49,984 nucleotides of DNA from positions 1 to 49,984 of the forward strand of contig MCFE01000647.1 in NCBI GenBank assembly GCA_002104905.1. The letters run 5' to 3'. Made by a program: the position numbers and the translations under genes. Source of the DNA: Basidiobolus meristosporus CBS 931.73 (lineage: Eukaryota; Fungi; Basidiobolomycota). The notes beneath the pieces were generated by a model, which searched no databases, was not told where the DNA came from, and saw nothing but the letters and a program-made list of their open reading frames with translations. Below are positions 1-9,925 of the stretch, piece after piece (within the stretch, counting starts at the first letter, position 1; each line of letters opens with the position of its first letter).

Positions 1-471
1 TGCGGGCTTTGTGACTGCTTCAACAACATTATCTATATATATCCATATAAATATCCATGCCTGGTTATTGAAGTTTCTTATTACCAGATTGTAAATTTAT
101 TTGGGATTTCCTCATATGCTATTCCCATAGGTGTTGAGAACATGGACTTCAAATGCCTCTAAAATCTTCTACAAGCAAACTTGGTCAATGAGATATACAC
201 TTACTAGCCATAACCTCCTGGTCTCTCCAATTTAGTTGGTATTGATGTTGCCAAGATATCATGGGGATGATGGCATATTTACATACACTTCTTTGTTGGA
301 GGTGATGATAGGAGCTGAGTGCTGATTTGGAGTACATAGACAAGAGTTTACTGAGCCGTAAATGGCCTATAACTCAGATTGGGGTTTTGTGACGGTGTGT
401 AAACTGAATATTCTTAAAAACATCTCCGAGAGCTTATTTTAGCATGAGAAAATGAATCTCCATTAAATTGC

Positions 472-834
472 TCAAAATCTTTTATAAATATTGCAAACTA
501 ATGGTGTGGAAATTTGCATATCATCCCTCTGAAAAGTATCCAGTTTGCATTTCACATGGTAGTATGTTGATAATTTATGTTGAAAGAGTTCCAAAGATGT
601 TGGCAATTTGTCTTTGACATTAAGGCAAATGCAGTTAAAGGCACTTTGTTCTTTCTTCTGATACTTTAAGGATTCCTCTCCCATATTTCTAGGAGGGCAT
701 TCTTCTCCCATGACAATATCCCAAGGGCCTCTTTCTTGTAGCAGCATCCTCATCTTCACCTTCCACACTTGCTAGTTAGAACCATCCAACTTTTCAGCAG
801 AGGGGAAAATTCCAGTAATAGCAGTAGTAGACAT
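472..834 (-). pseudogene. Degenerate Ty1/copia gag N-terminus; the element continues, decayed, toward and past the left edge
   Basis: ATG at 834 reads MSTTAITGIFPSAEKLDGSN*QVWKVKMRMLLQERGPWDIV, the copia gag KLDGSNY-x-WK-x-KM motif, with an in-frame TAG at 774-772 where Tyr is expected. It lies directly downstream of an LTR and PBS. Confidence 0.85.
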
Positions 835-852
835 TGCAGAGAGTGACAGCTT

Positions 853-865
853 GGGGCTCATAACC
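853..865 (-). other. Primer-binding site complementary to the anticodon stem-loop of initiator tRNA-Met (half-tRNA priming)
   Basis: The minus strand reads GGTTATGAGCCCC immediately after the LTR end at 866. The + strand GGGCTCATAACC (854-865) is the anticodon arm of yeast tRNAiMet, as used by Ty5/copia-type elements. Confidence 0.85.
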
Positions 866-1170
866 TATTGTAAGAGTCTTGGAGATATTGGAAATGATTG
901 AGAGAGCAAGTAGATTATATAGGTTTTCCTCAATGATTTGTTGAATGTAAAAGTAGTATTTATTCTTTTACATGGTCTTAGAGAAATAAACACATATTAT
1001 ATGTCTAGGAAGGTCCCAAGAGCATGTGTTCAAGGCTTGGGGCTGTTTGGGCAACTTATCAAAATCTCATGTTCTGGGTACCTGATACTTTGGTGAAAAT
1101 ATTCTAAGTAAATCCCAACAAGGAATTTGGTCAAAACTCATATTTAGGTGTAATTACAACAGTTTCAACA
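866..1170 (-). mobile_element. Older 5' LTR of the left copia element
   Basis: Aligns along its length with LTRs 1463-1794 and 48213-48545 (roughly 80% by eye). It has a G>A change in the terminal TGTTG, a ~16-bp insertion and a ~45-bp deletion. The right boundary is approximate. Confidence 0.85.
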
Positions 1171-1420
1171 GCTTGCTGCTATATCTCTGGTATTCTGTTG
1201 GTATTTTTTAGTCTAACATATCAAATGTATATATCTTGAAAGTCAGTGAGCTGGCAGGTAGCATATTTGGTATGAAGATCACTCAATCACAACACATTCT
1301 AAGACATATGTCTTCAAGAAGGCTGGAGCTCCAGCTTTTGAAAGTTATAACTGTAAGTAGACTTGGATTTTTGCTGCTATTCAGCTGGCATTCAGCTTGC
1401 CTTTAATGAATTTTTTTCAC
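1171..1420. repeat. Degenerate dispersed repeat with GCTGGTATTC-like subunits, related to 4340-4620
   Basis: CTGGTATTCTGTTGGTATTTTTTAGTCTAACATATCAAATGTA (~1187-1229) resembles CTGGTATTCAGCTGGTGTTTTTGGTTTAAAATCTCAGATGCA (~4401-4442). ACTTGGA...TTCAGCTG motifs are also shared. Confidence 0.45.
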
Positions 1421-1462
1421 AAGTGTTGTTATGTGTCAGTGGGCCTGTAGTCTATTTGGGAT

Positions 1463-1794
1463 TGTTGTAAGAGTCTTCGAGATATTGGAAGTGATTGGGA
1501 GGACAAGTAGATTATGTGGTTTTCACTTAATGATTTAATGAATGTAAAAGTAGTATTTATACTTTTACATGGTCTTGACATTACAAACACGTAGAATAGG
1601 TTAAGGAAGGTCCCAAGCACATGTGTGCAAAGTTTGGGGCTGTTTGGACAACTTATCTAATTTTCATGTTCTGGGTAAATATTTCAAGTAAATCCCGAGA
1701 AGGAATTTGGTCAGTATCCTCTAGGATTTGAAGGTAATGATCTAAGTGACTAAGTTAGGTGAATATTTAGGTGGAATTCCGAATTTTTACAACA
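1463..1794 (-). mobile_element. Solo LTR (332 bp) of the copia family with 5-bp target-site duplication
   Basis: TGTTGTAA...TTACAACA termini; GGGAT on both sides (1458-1462 and 1795-1799); about 21 differences (~94% identity, hand count) from LTR 48213-48545; no PBS or PPT adjacent. Confidence 0.95.
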
Positions 1795-2256
1795 GGGATT
1801 ACATCAGGATTTTGCGATGTAATCTGAGTCCCTTGGAAACATTCATACACCAGCTAGTTTCCTTATTAATGGATCTTGTGATACAAATAAAAGTGCTACT
1901 GAACTCATAGTGCTTCAATGCATATTCAAAGTTGGGTATAGCTCATACATCCATTGTTTGGACCTTAGCTTGATGGCAGTATTTTCGAAAGTCCTCACAC
2001 CCCATCTAACCTGTGTCTCAGCCATAGTACTAGAGCAGAGTGTTTAAAATAAATATTCATTACTTGGGTTAGAGTTGGTACAGTGTGGTCAACGTGCACA
2101 ATCAACCAAACAAAAGAGACTTGTCAAGGTGGAAGTAGAATTTACAACGTTTTCAACTATAAGTTACAGGATAACACCAAAAGTGGTAAAGATAGTGGAC
2201 AAAAATATACTATAGATAGGAGATTCCAGGTTAATAGAGTATTAAACAAAAAGGTA

Positions 2257-3132
2257 TTAATTGGATTCGCCTTGGCTATGCTCAAGCGGCATGAAGATGA
2301 TCTTGGTGCCTGAATTCTTGCTCATCGTGCTCAATGTCTCAAGATAACGGATCTGCATTGCAGCAGGAGTATTGAGGATCTCGGCTGCTTCGCGCATCAA
2401 CTTGGCCGAGTCTACTTCGGCTTGAGCAGAAATCACTTTGGACTCTCCAATCCTCTTTTGGGTCGCAGCACTCGACAAAGACTCCTGTAGTTCCTTAGAG
2501 AACTCAAGGTCTTTGATCAGTATTGACTCGACGGTAATTCCCCACTCTCTAGCAGGAATATCAATCATCTCACGAATATCGTCGGCAATTGTTTCTCGAT
2601 TCTCGATACAGTCCTGGAGCACACGAGTGCCAAGAACTCCTCGCAAGGTGGTCTGGGTGCGTTCAATGAGAGCCTGTCGAACGTTGATTACACCGAACAA
2701 CGCCTGGTATGGATCGATTACATGGTAATAGACAACAGAATCAATTTTGATGTTGACATTATCCTTGGTCATGATACGGATGTTTTCAATCAAGGCAAGT
2801 TGAACTTTGATGTCCACGTGATGAAGTTTCTCGGTGAAGACATTTACCGTGGTCAACCCCGGGTCGACACATTTGTAAACACGCCCGAATTGCGACACTA
2901 AGCCTACGTATCCTTGATCCACCTCTTTGTTAGGATTGGGACAGCAGAAGCAGCCAGGAATTGAGCCAAGAGCTCCGAAAAGATTCCCTAGAGCTTGTAA
3001 TGCTACTCCATAGAAACCGGAGACGGGCTCCGCGGGGATTTCTCTAGCAAAGGATTTGGACATCACATGATTGGATGGTTGAGCAGTTAAGACTCCACGC
3101 ACCTCAGAATCTGTAGGTTGCTTGTTAGTCAT
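2257..3132 (-). CDS. Stomatin-family SPFH/band-7 membrane protein (291 aa, intronless)
   Basis: SPFH motifs MTKDNVNIKIDSVVYY, TQTTLRGVLG, WGITVESILIKD and AAMQIRYLETL; Cys-rich GCFCC membrane-proximal segment. Confidence 0.93.
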   Translation of the reverse strand: MTNKQPTDSEVRGVLTAQPSNHVMSKSFAREIPAEPVSGFYGVALQALGNLFGALGSIPGCFCCPNPNKEVDQGYVGLVSQFGRVYKCVDPGLTTVNVFTEKLHHVDIKVQLALIENIRIMTKDNVNIKIDSVVYYHVIDPYQALFGVINVRQALIERTQTTLRGVLGTRVLQDCIENRETIADDIREMIDIPAREWGITVESILIKDLEFSKELQESLSSAATQKRIGESKVISAQAEVDSAKLMREAAEILNTPAAMQIRYLETLSTMSKNSGTKIIFMPLEHSQGESN

Positions 3133-3458
3133 TTAAGTGGTTTGGTTGTATTGGCAAGGATTAGGAGGGCCTCATCTGTCTTTTTATTGTGATGACGGGC
3201 ATGGGGGATTTCTTCTACGCACGGGTGAAACATGAGCCCAATCACATGTGTATAAATGGAAGGTCTGTCTGTGCTACACCCATCCATTGAGGTAAGTGTC
3301 CAGTTACTCCAAATATTTTGCCAACAGGAATTGACTCACATAAAGAAGTTTAGCGCTTGGCATGTCGGCATGCATTCATTCAGAATAGAACCCCTAGCAG
3401 CCTGGGGGAGCATGGCACTTTAACGAATCCCATTTTGTGACCAGTACTCGATAAAATA

Positions 3459-3980
3459 TTACCTTCGATTGACTTTATTTAGAAACGCTTGGGATGTAAA
3501 CATACAAGCAGACATCTGGGATGCTCTTTGATGGGACTGACCTTCCCAGTCACCCATGGTATTAGGAAACCTGCAGTAAGATCCATCAGGAAAGACAAAC
3601 GAAGAAATCTGCGAAAGACTTATATAAATGTCGTTAACATCCTTTTTGCTTTCTTCTTCATAATACTCTAATTGGTGGCCGGTCATGGTGACAGAAATCA
3701 TATTTTGGATGGCTTGGTTACCATGATAAACTTGGCGAGGTTTTTGGGTAACAGTAGTATTGTAAGATATGATGCCAGAAAGAAGAGAGTTGGGAATATC
3801 TTTGGTTTGGAAATTTAGTCGCATATGTTTGGGACAGGAATAATTTGTTGAACGGTATCTGTCATAGGTGTACCAGTAGCAAGAATAATTTTGGTATTTT
3901 TTGTAAGATCCGTAATTTTAATCGAACAGGATCGACCTGTCTTGGTATTTTTCAAGTGGATTTTGACGAGTGATCACCCG
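3459..3980 (-). pseudogene. Frameshifted fragment of an SF2 helicase of the poxvirus D6/D11 (VETF-S/NPH-I)-like group
   Basis: Frame A reads (decayed DExH) KIHLKNTKTG...KIILATGTPMTDTVQQI, with TGTPM at 3877-3863 and a stop at 3817-3815. Frame B continues LLSGIISYNTTVTQKPRQVYHGNQAIQNMISVTMTGHQLEYY...SQISSFVFPDGSY. No intron signals explain the shift. Confidence 0.6.
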
Positions 3981-4339
3981 GGCTTTTTCCTAAAGTGAAT
4001 GGTGTGAACTGGCAATACAGTTAGCACTATCACACAATCTACCATTCTGCCTGTTCTACCTCAATGAGCCTCAAGGTGACGTCCAAACTAATTCCCTCAT
4101 ACGATCCTCGGTGGTTTTCTCCACGGGTAGTGACTAGCAAGCAATAGTGAAGAATCCTGGTTTGCATAGAACATAGCCCAAAAATTTAGCTGTTGATTGG
4201 CTGCATCATTTATACTGCCTGTCATCTAATCTATTCATCAAGTGGCACTCCAAGAAATGGTTTATAAGTAAAAAATCAACATTTTTACAATGAAGATGGC
4301 CAAATATGGAGTTTATAGATGTTATCCCTATGAAAAATC

Positions 4340-4620
4340 TCAAACTTGGAATTCATCTGATTCTTAGCTGGTATTCTGCTGGTATTCTAATGGTATTTTG
4401 CTGGTATTCAGCTGGTGTTTTTGGTTTAAAATCTCAGATGCAATTTTTGATGGAAGTAATGGGCAGCTAATTACCAAATATGGCATGGATGCTAGTTGGC
4501 CTAGTCTCCTCCTGGAGAATTTGTTTGCTCGCATGCACATCAGCTAACAACAGAGATAGTGAGAGTTGTCAATTTTGAGAAACTTGGAATTCAGCTGATA
4601 TTATGATGATATTTTGCTGG
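4340..4620. repeat. Degenerate repeat with tandem ~10-11 bp GCTGGTATT(C/T) units
   Basis: gctggtattctgctggtattctaatggtattttgctggtattcagctggtgttt at ~4367-4420; AAACTTGGAATTCA-x-CTGAT occurs at ~4344 and again at ~4580. Confidence 0.5.
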
Positions 4621-5468
4621 CCTTTTCTTAATTTTTTTTCTTAGGGTTATATGAATAGAACCCACACATACACACACATATATATATATAGGTACTAGTC
4701 ATATACACAATTTCAAGCCAGACCCCCAAGTTGCATGGGACAGGAGGATGAGAAGAAAGAGATACGAATGCAACAGAAATACGAAGCCCAGATTTTGTCA
4801 TTACAACTATTTTTTCACAGCTGAGGATCAGCTTTCGCTCCAGTCGGGTAATAATTGTGGTGCGTGAATAGACGGCCTTCGAGATACCGCTGTAGTATGG
4901 TTCATTGTTGGAACATCTCATCACGACAGCTTAGACCTATGCCCACTTCCCGCCAATGTGTATTCCAGTATTTCTGAGGCACCGTTGTCCTCATAAGCAT
5001 ATAGGATCTAATTGAAGGTATATCTTCACCTGCTTCCTAGTGCCACTTTTAGTTGCTTTGACATCCAACCTTTCAATCCATGACGCAATAGGTTTCCCCG
5101 CTACTTCGCCCTGGAGTACTTCAACTCGATTTCCTTAATGAATCACAAATGCTTCTAGCGTCAGCACTGTTTGGCAGCTACCTTCCCCACTGCAGCCATA
5201 GCATGAGCTAACCAATGGATCACTTCGTGGAGCAACTCCTCAGGCATATTACATTCAGCATTTTCGTCAAAGCCAAAACTTCCATCTGCCCAACAACAAT
5301 CGTTTATACATCCGGTTGAACGGGAATTATTAAATAGATTTATCAATAGCAACCTAGCAGGGAATGCCTAACAAAAAGGATACTACAAAATGATTACAAA
5401 GTTCGATGTTATGGTCATGGCTGTAGAGTGCGTATACAGCCATCGTCATATATTAATCTGAGGGTTGG

Positions 5469-8060
5469 TTAGGCCTCAATGTTGGATATCACTGTTAGCG
5501 CACCGAATCCACGCAACGATATGACGGTCCAATCGGGCATACTATCTCGGAAGCTGTCGAGGGTAGGGAGATGTTTCTTGTAGTCGTCGAAGTAACAGTA
5601 TATGGAGATAGGATATTTCTCCATCCTGGCGGTTTTGACGCTGAGCGTGGTGTTCTTTTCGAACTCCCGCTTGAAGACAAAGATCCTTCTGCCATCGATG
5701 CTGCCTTTGATCGGGTTCCCATCAACCGAGTATTCCTCGGCCGGACTGTAGGGAACCAGGAAGCTGCATGTTCTTGTCTCCGGCGCGTAGATTGATAGCT
5801 GGATTTCTCGCCCGCCTCCTACCAAGGCGGTGCTGGTTATCTGGGATGTTATAGGCTGTATCTCTTGGCGGGCAAAGGCTGGTTTCGCGGTCGAATTCCA
5901 AACGCACTCGTGTACTCCGGCATCCCGGAAGCACCTTGTGTCGGCATTAGGATCCAGGGATTTTAGAAGCTTGGGCAGATCGCAGACGGATCGAAACACA
6001 GTCCAGTCATTACCAGTCGCTTGCTCATGGTACACATTGTGGAACACGCGAATTGGCGCTTGGGCATTATATGGGAACAGAACACCAGTCAAGATTACCA
6101 TGAGCACCACCCAGAGCGTCAGTAAGCCTACCAAGCAGGGGAACGAGTCGCCTTTCTGGAACCAGGGGATGATGCAGATTAAACATGTAACGAATGCAAC
6201 AGAGAACAGCACATAAACCATGAAGGGTGGCGTGCCGTCCGCCACGGTCTGGGATGTCGCATCGGATAGGATATTAACGACGTCGATGACCACGAAGAGT
6301 GGAGGCAGGCAGCTAATTGTCATTCGGATTGGCCAAACCCATTTTGGGATGGAGGTGGTCTGGCTCCAGACGCACCACCGGAACTCAATTCCCTCTAGAA
6401 CCAAGGCACCAACAAAGTGAGCCAGGGTGAACCATAGTATGTAATAGAAAATCCCCAGCTTGGAAGCCCCCGTAACGACAGCAATCAGGGTGGCGAACCA
6501 CCAGATTTGCATCATCCCGTGATAGGCCAAGCGGTCCCGGTTGATGTTGGACTTGAACACAAACGTGCTCCCGGAAAATCGGTTTTCGAGCCATCTGGAA
6601 GCCCATTGCGCCATTGCATACGCCCAGACAGTAGTGGAGCAGAAGGCGATTATCACCAGGGTGGGTCGGCCATAGACAACATTCCCGTTCACCTTGGATA
6701 GGTAGAAAGCGAACAGAACGCTGAACAGTATCGCGAAGATGATGGTCAACACTGTGGTAAGTAGCGACCTCAGCAGAGGGAGCACGAACTCCCGCACCTT
6801 GATCCCTTGCGGCTTTTCTCCCGAGTGTCGTCTCATCAGGAAATACCCCAGCGCGTAGAAGAGCGGGATGATGACCAGCAGGGCAATGTTAATCCCGATA
6901 TACCACTTGAAACTGTAGATGGCGGTGGTTTTGCCCAGCAGGTCGTAATGGATGGCGTAGCGAATGGGGAAATTGGTGCCCTGATACAGGTAATCCGACT
7001 TGGCCAATGCTCTGGTGGTTGCGAGGGTCACCCCTCCCATCTGCTGGACTGATTTGGGCGAGGTAGAATTGATGCTGTCTAGTAGCGTATGGTAGTGAGA
7101 TCTGCGTTGATAGAACGCAATATCCAAGCCGGGCAAGCTGTGCTGGTATGCATACACCTCGAAGTCCGTGCTTGACTTGATCAAGCCCAACTTGAAGACG
7201 TCATTGGCGATGACCGACGTGTGTGGGTAAGGGGCGTGGGAATAGAAACGATTCAACGGCTCATCGGACGAGCGAAATACCATGGACCTCCCGCCTGCAC
7301 CTGCGCCCTCCAAATTGATGAATGCCCGAACATCCTTGGACCAGGGGTGGTTCATGAAACCCTCACTCCCAAGCAGGCCTATCTCCTCGCAGTTGTTGAT
7401 GTTGAGGATCACTGTGTCTGCGATGGGGTTTTCAATGATACTACGAGCAATCTCTAGCGCAACCACCACGCCAACCCCATCATCCGTAGCCCCATAACTA
7501 AAGGGGACGCTGTCATAATGAGCGGAAATCAGCAAGGCCTCCGGACGATTCTTGGTTCCCACAACGCGCAGGAGTAGATTGGTGGATTCAAGATAGCGCC
7601 AGCCAGAATATGGTCCCCCACCCAAGCTAAATCCGGTATAGGTGGAGTTGTCATTGGTGACCAGGTCCACCGTTCGATTTAGAGCCTTTCCCCTGGCGGA
7701 GAGCTCGTTCATGACCCCAACTATGTATTCCTGGGTTTTCAGGTTGGCCTCTGAGTTGAAAGGGTGCGGGGCAGATGCAATGGTTTGGAGGTGTCCCCAT
7801 GCCTTGTCTGCGGAAAACGCATCGTTCTCGGTTGCAGGTAGGGGGTCGGGCAGCTGCTTCCGCACTGGTAAAACGATGGCAAAGGCGATGGCGTATACAA
7901 CAATCAGTAGCGAATACACAATGAGCGAATTCTTGGTGGGGAGGAAGCGCGACATCCCCTTTTTTTTCTCATCGTACTCCATCTCAGCCGACAACTTCAT
8001 CTTGTGCTGCACAGGCGAGGACGCAATGTATGCTGATGCAACGACAGGGCCATAGCCCAT
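5469..8060 (-). CDS. M28 family membrane metallopeptidase (ERMP1/Fxna, vacuolar Pff1-like), intronless
   Basis: SAHYDSV, GATDDGVGV, NNCEEIGLLGS, FINLEGAGAGG, STDFEVY, GLDIAFY..RSHYHT; N-terminal TM helix and multi-TM C-half. The track start at 8114 is TTG; candidate ATGs are 8060, 8000 and 7982. Confidence 0.92.
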   Translation of the reverse strand: MGYGPVVASAYIASSPVQHKMKLSAEMEYDEKKKGMSRFLPTKNSLIVYSLLIVVYAIAFAIVLPVRKQLPDPLPATENDAFSADKAWGHLQTIASAPHPFNSEANLKTQEYIVGVMNELSARGKALNRTVDLVTNDNSTYTGFSLGGGPYSGWRYLESTNLLLRVVGTKNRPEALLISAHYDSVPFSYGATDDGVGVVVALEIARSIIENPIADTVILNINNCEEIGLLGSEGFMNHPWSKDVRAFINLEGAGAGGRSMVFRSSDEPLNRFYSHAPYPHTSVIANDVFKLGLIKSSTDFEVYAYQHSLPGLDIAFYQRRSHYHTLLDSINSTSPKSVQQMGGVTLATTRALAKSDYLYQGTNFPIRYAIHYDLLGKTTAIYSFKWYIGINIALLVIIPLFYALGYFLMRRHSGEKPQGIKVREFVLPLLRSLLTTVLTIIFAILFSVLFAFYLSKVNGNVVYGRPTLVIIAFCSTTVWAYAMAQWASRWLENRFSGSTFVFKSNINRDRLAYHGMMQIWWFATLIAVVTGASKLGIFYYILWFTLAHFVGALVLEGIEFRWCVWSQTTSIPKWVWPIRMTISCLPPLFVVIDVVNILSDATSQTVADGTPPFMVYVLFSVAFVTCLICIIPWFQKGDSFPCLVGLLTLWVVLMVILTGVLFPYNAQAPIRVFHNVYHEQATGNDWTVFRSVCDLPKLLKSLDPNADTRCFRDAGVHECVWNSTAKPAFARQEIQPITSQITSTALVGGGREIQLSIYAPETRTCSFLVPYSPAEEYSVDGNPIKGSIDGRRIFVFKREFEKNTTLSVKTARMEKYPISIYCYFDDYKKHLPTLDSFRDSMPDWTVISLRGFGALTVISNIEA

Positions 8061-9925
8061 TTTATAGTAGTCGTCCAAGATTTCAGTCGTCTCTGTTGTA
8101 CTACGTAACTGCAATTCCCATCCTGCAGTTACACCAGAGACAACGTATCCGGATGATACTAGTGGCGGGTAGATGAATGCAAATCCACCGCCCCTATCAT
8201 GGACCTGAAATTGGCATTTAATGTGGATAGAAATAGACTGCTCGGTCGAAGAATGCGCTAACTGGTTATGTATGATACAACCAACTGGAAGTATGACAAC
8301 TACTCCTGTTAAATTTCCGCCATCAATGGAAGCCCAGCCATTTGCACATAGTCACCCTAAAGTGTCAGAACACACCACAGCAAAATCCAGTAGAGAACAC
8401 GAACACCCATTGATATGAAGCCATACCGGAATGGTGTTTCACCTGTAGCACATGACCCTCTTTTGGGTCGATACGATCATTTCGGGTTTAGATAAGCTGA
8501 AACACCCCGGCTGTTCTGGTTACCAATAGAGTGGGCAGTGCTCTTTCCCGCGCTCTACCCTGCAGTAATCACAAGCTTTTGCAACGCACAACAGGCCTCA
8601 GCAAGCTGGGTAACAGCAAGAGATGCAAGCAATGCTACACGGGGAAGCACTACTGGTTGCGTGTATAGATGTGGTAAGGCTATCTGCTTTTTTCTGAGGC
8701 GTAATGTTGATTCGAGCGCCAGTGTGCTTGATCGCAATAACCATGGATTTCCATTATTATCCACAGACACCAACCGCTGAACCGCTCCGCATTGCGGCCT
8801 TCAGACCAACAACATCTAGGGAAATCGAGTTTATGTGAATCGAGCTTTCCGCGTCTGTGATTGGTGTTGGTATGCTCGAGTGAGTGAACATGATCAGGAA
8901 GCCGTCGTTGAATGGTGGGGAGATTAAGCCAGTGTCTGGACCCGAACCTCAGGGTGGGCAGCGGCGATATTCCATGTGCACCTCAAACAAAATTTGATCA
9001 AGGAACACCACACAGAGTCGGTGGGTAGTCGTAGGCGGCACGTCATTGGGTCCATCGGCTTGATTCTTTGTTGTGACCCTATAGCCATAACGAGAGCGCC
9101 ATGCTGTTTTCGTTGAGGTGGTCGGTAGCGGGAGCGACCTCATTCGCGTTTCTCTCCGGCTTGCAAGGAGCTTCAAGCCTGGATCTTCAGATCACAGATT
9201 GCGAATCAATCTATCTCGTCGGTTCCTCACAAAACCTTGGTTATTGTAACATGCCTCCCATTGGCCAGTAGCCAGCAATCCACCCAACCTTCTGATTTGC
9301 AAGACACTTGTGCCACGCTAACACTGAATCACCGAGCCTATTTAACCTTAATAATCTCCGTAGCTATAGCTCATGTAGCATCGACCCATTGCTGGTGCGC
9401 TTCCGTGTAATGTCATCCGTAACCTCGCATTTGGGTTGTGTTGGTGGCGATGTGCCGAACTGTCCTTTTTGGACTTGACTCCGGTCCAATTGCTACGTTT
9501 CGCCTCCTTGAAATGAGGTCGCAGAGGATCAACAGTATGTTCCAGAATTTAATCTTGGGAAACAGTACATGTACGACATTGCCAGACATGGTTGTTCCTT
9601 GAACCAAAACTCAAAATTTACGTGCAATGAATGGAGAAAATAAATACATGAATAGGCGAGAAAAATCATGAACATAGCAAGCAAAACTATTTTGGGACAC
9701 TTAAGGGCAGAGAGATGAAGTCCCAGCAAGCCACAATCCCCTCGAGTGGGATGTCCGGGTGAGGGAAATGCGCCGGCTGCGACTGACAAGGGTTTGACGG
9801 TCTATGACTAATGAAGTGGGAATTTGCTGAGGTAGTTGAATATCCGGTATGTATACTGTTGTGGTAACGATGGATTTGCGAGGTGCTCGGAATGTCTTCA
9901 AATTGGGCCTAATTGCGATCATAGA

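Noticed and set aside
1429-1620. Similar short ORFs at 1429-1620 and 48059-48340 (MPRPCKSINTTFTF...)
   Set aside because: They are translations of LTR sequence; the similarity reflects the LTR copies, not a gene family.
8703-8760. Minus-strand IKHTGARINI, reminiscent of a KH domain
   Set aside because: No intact GxxG loop, stops immediately upstream, and no supporting exon structure.
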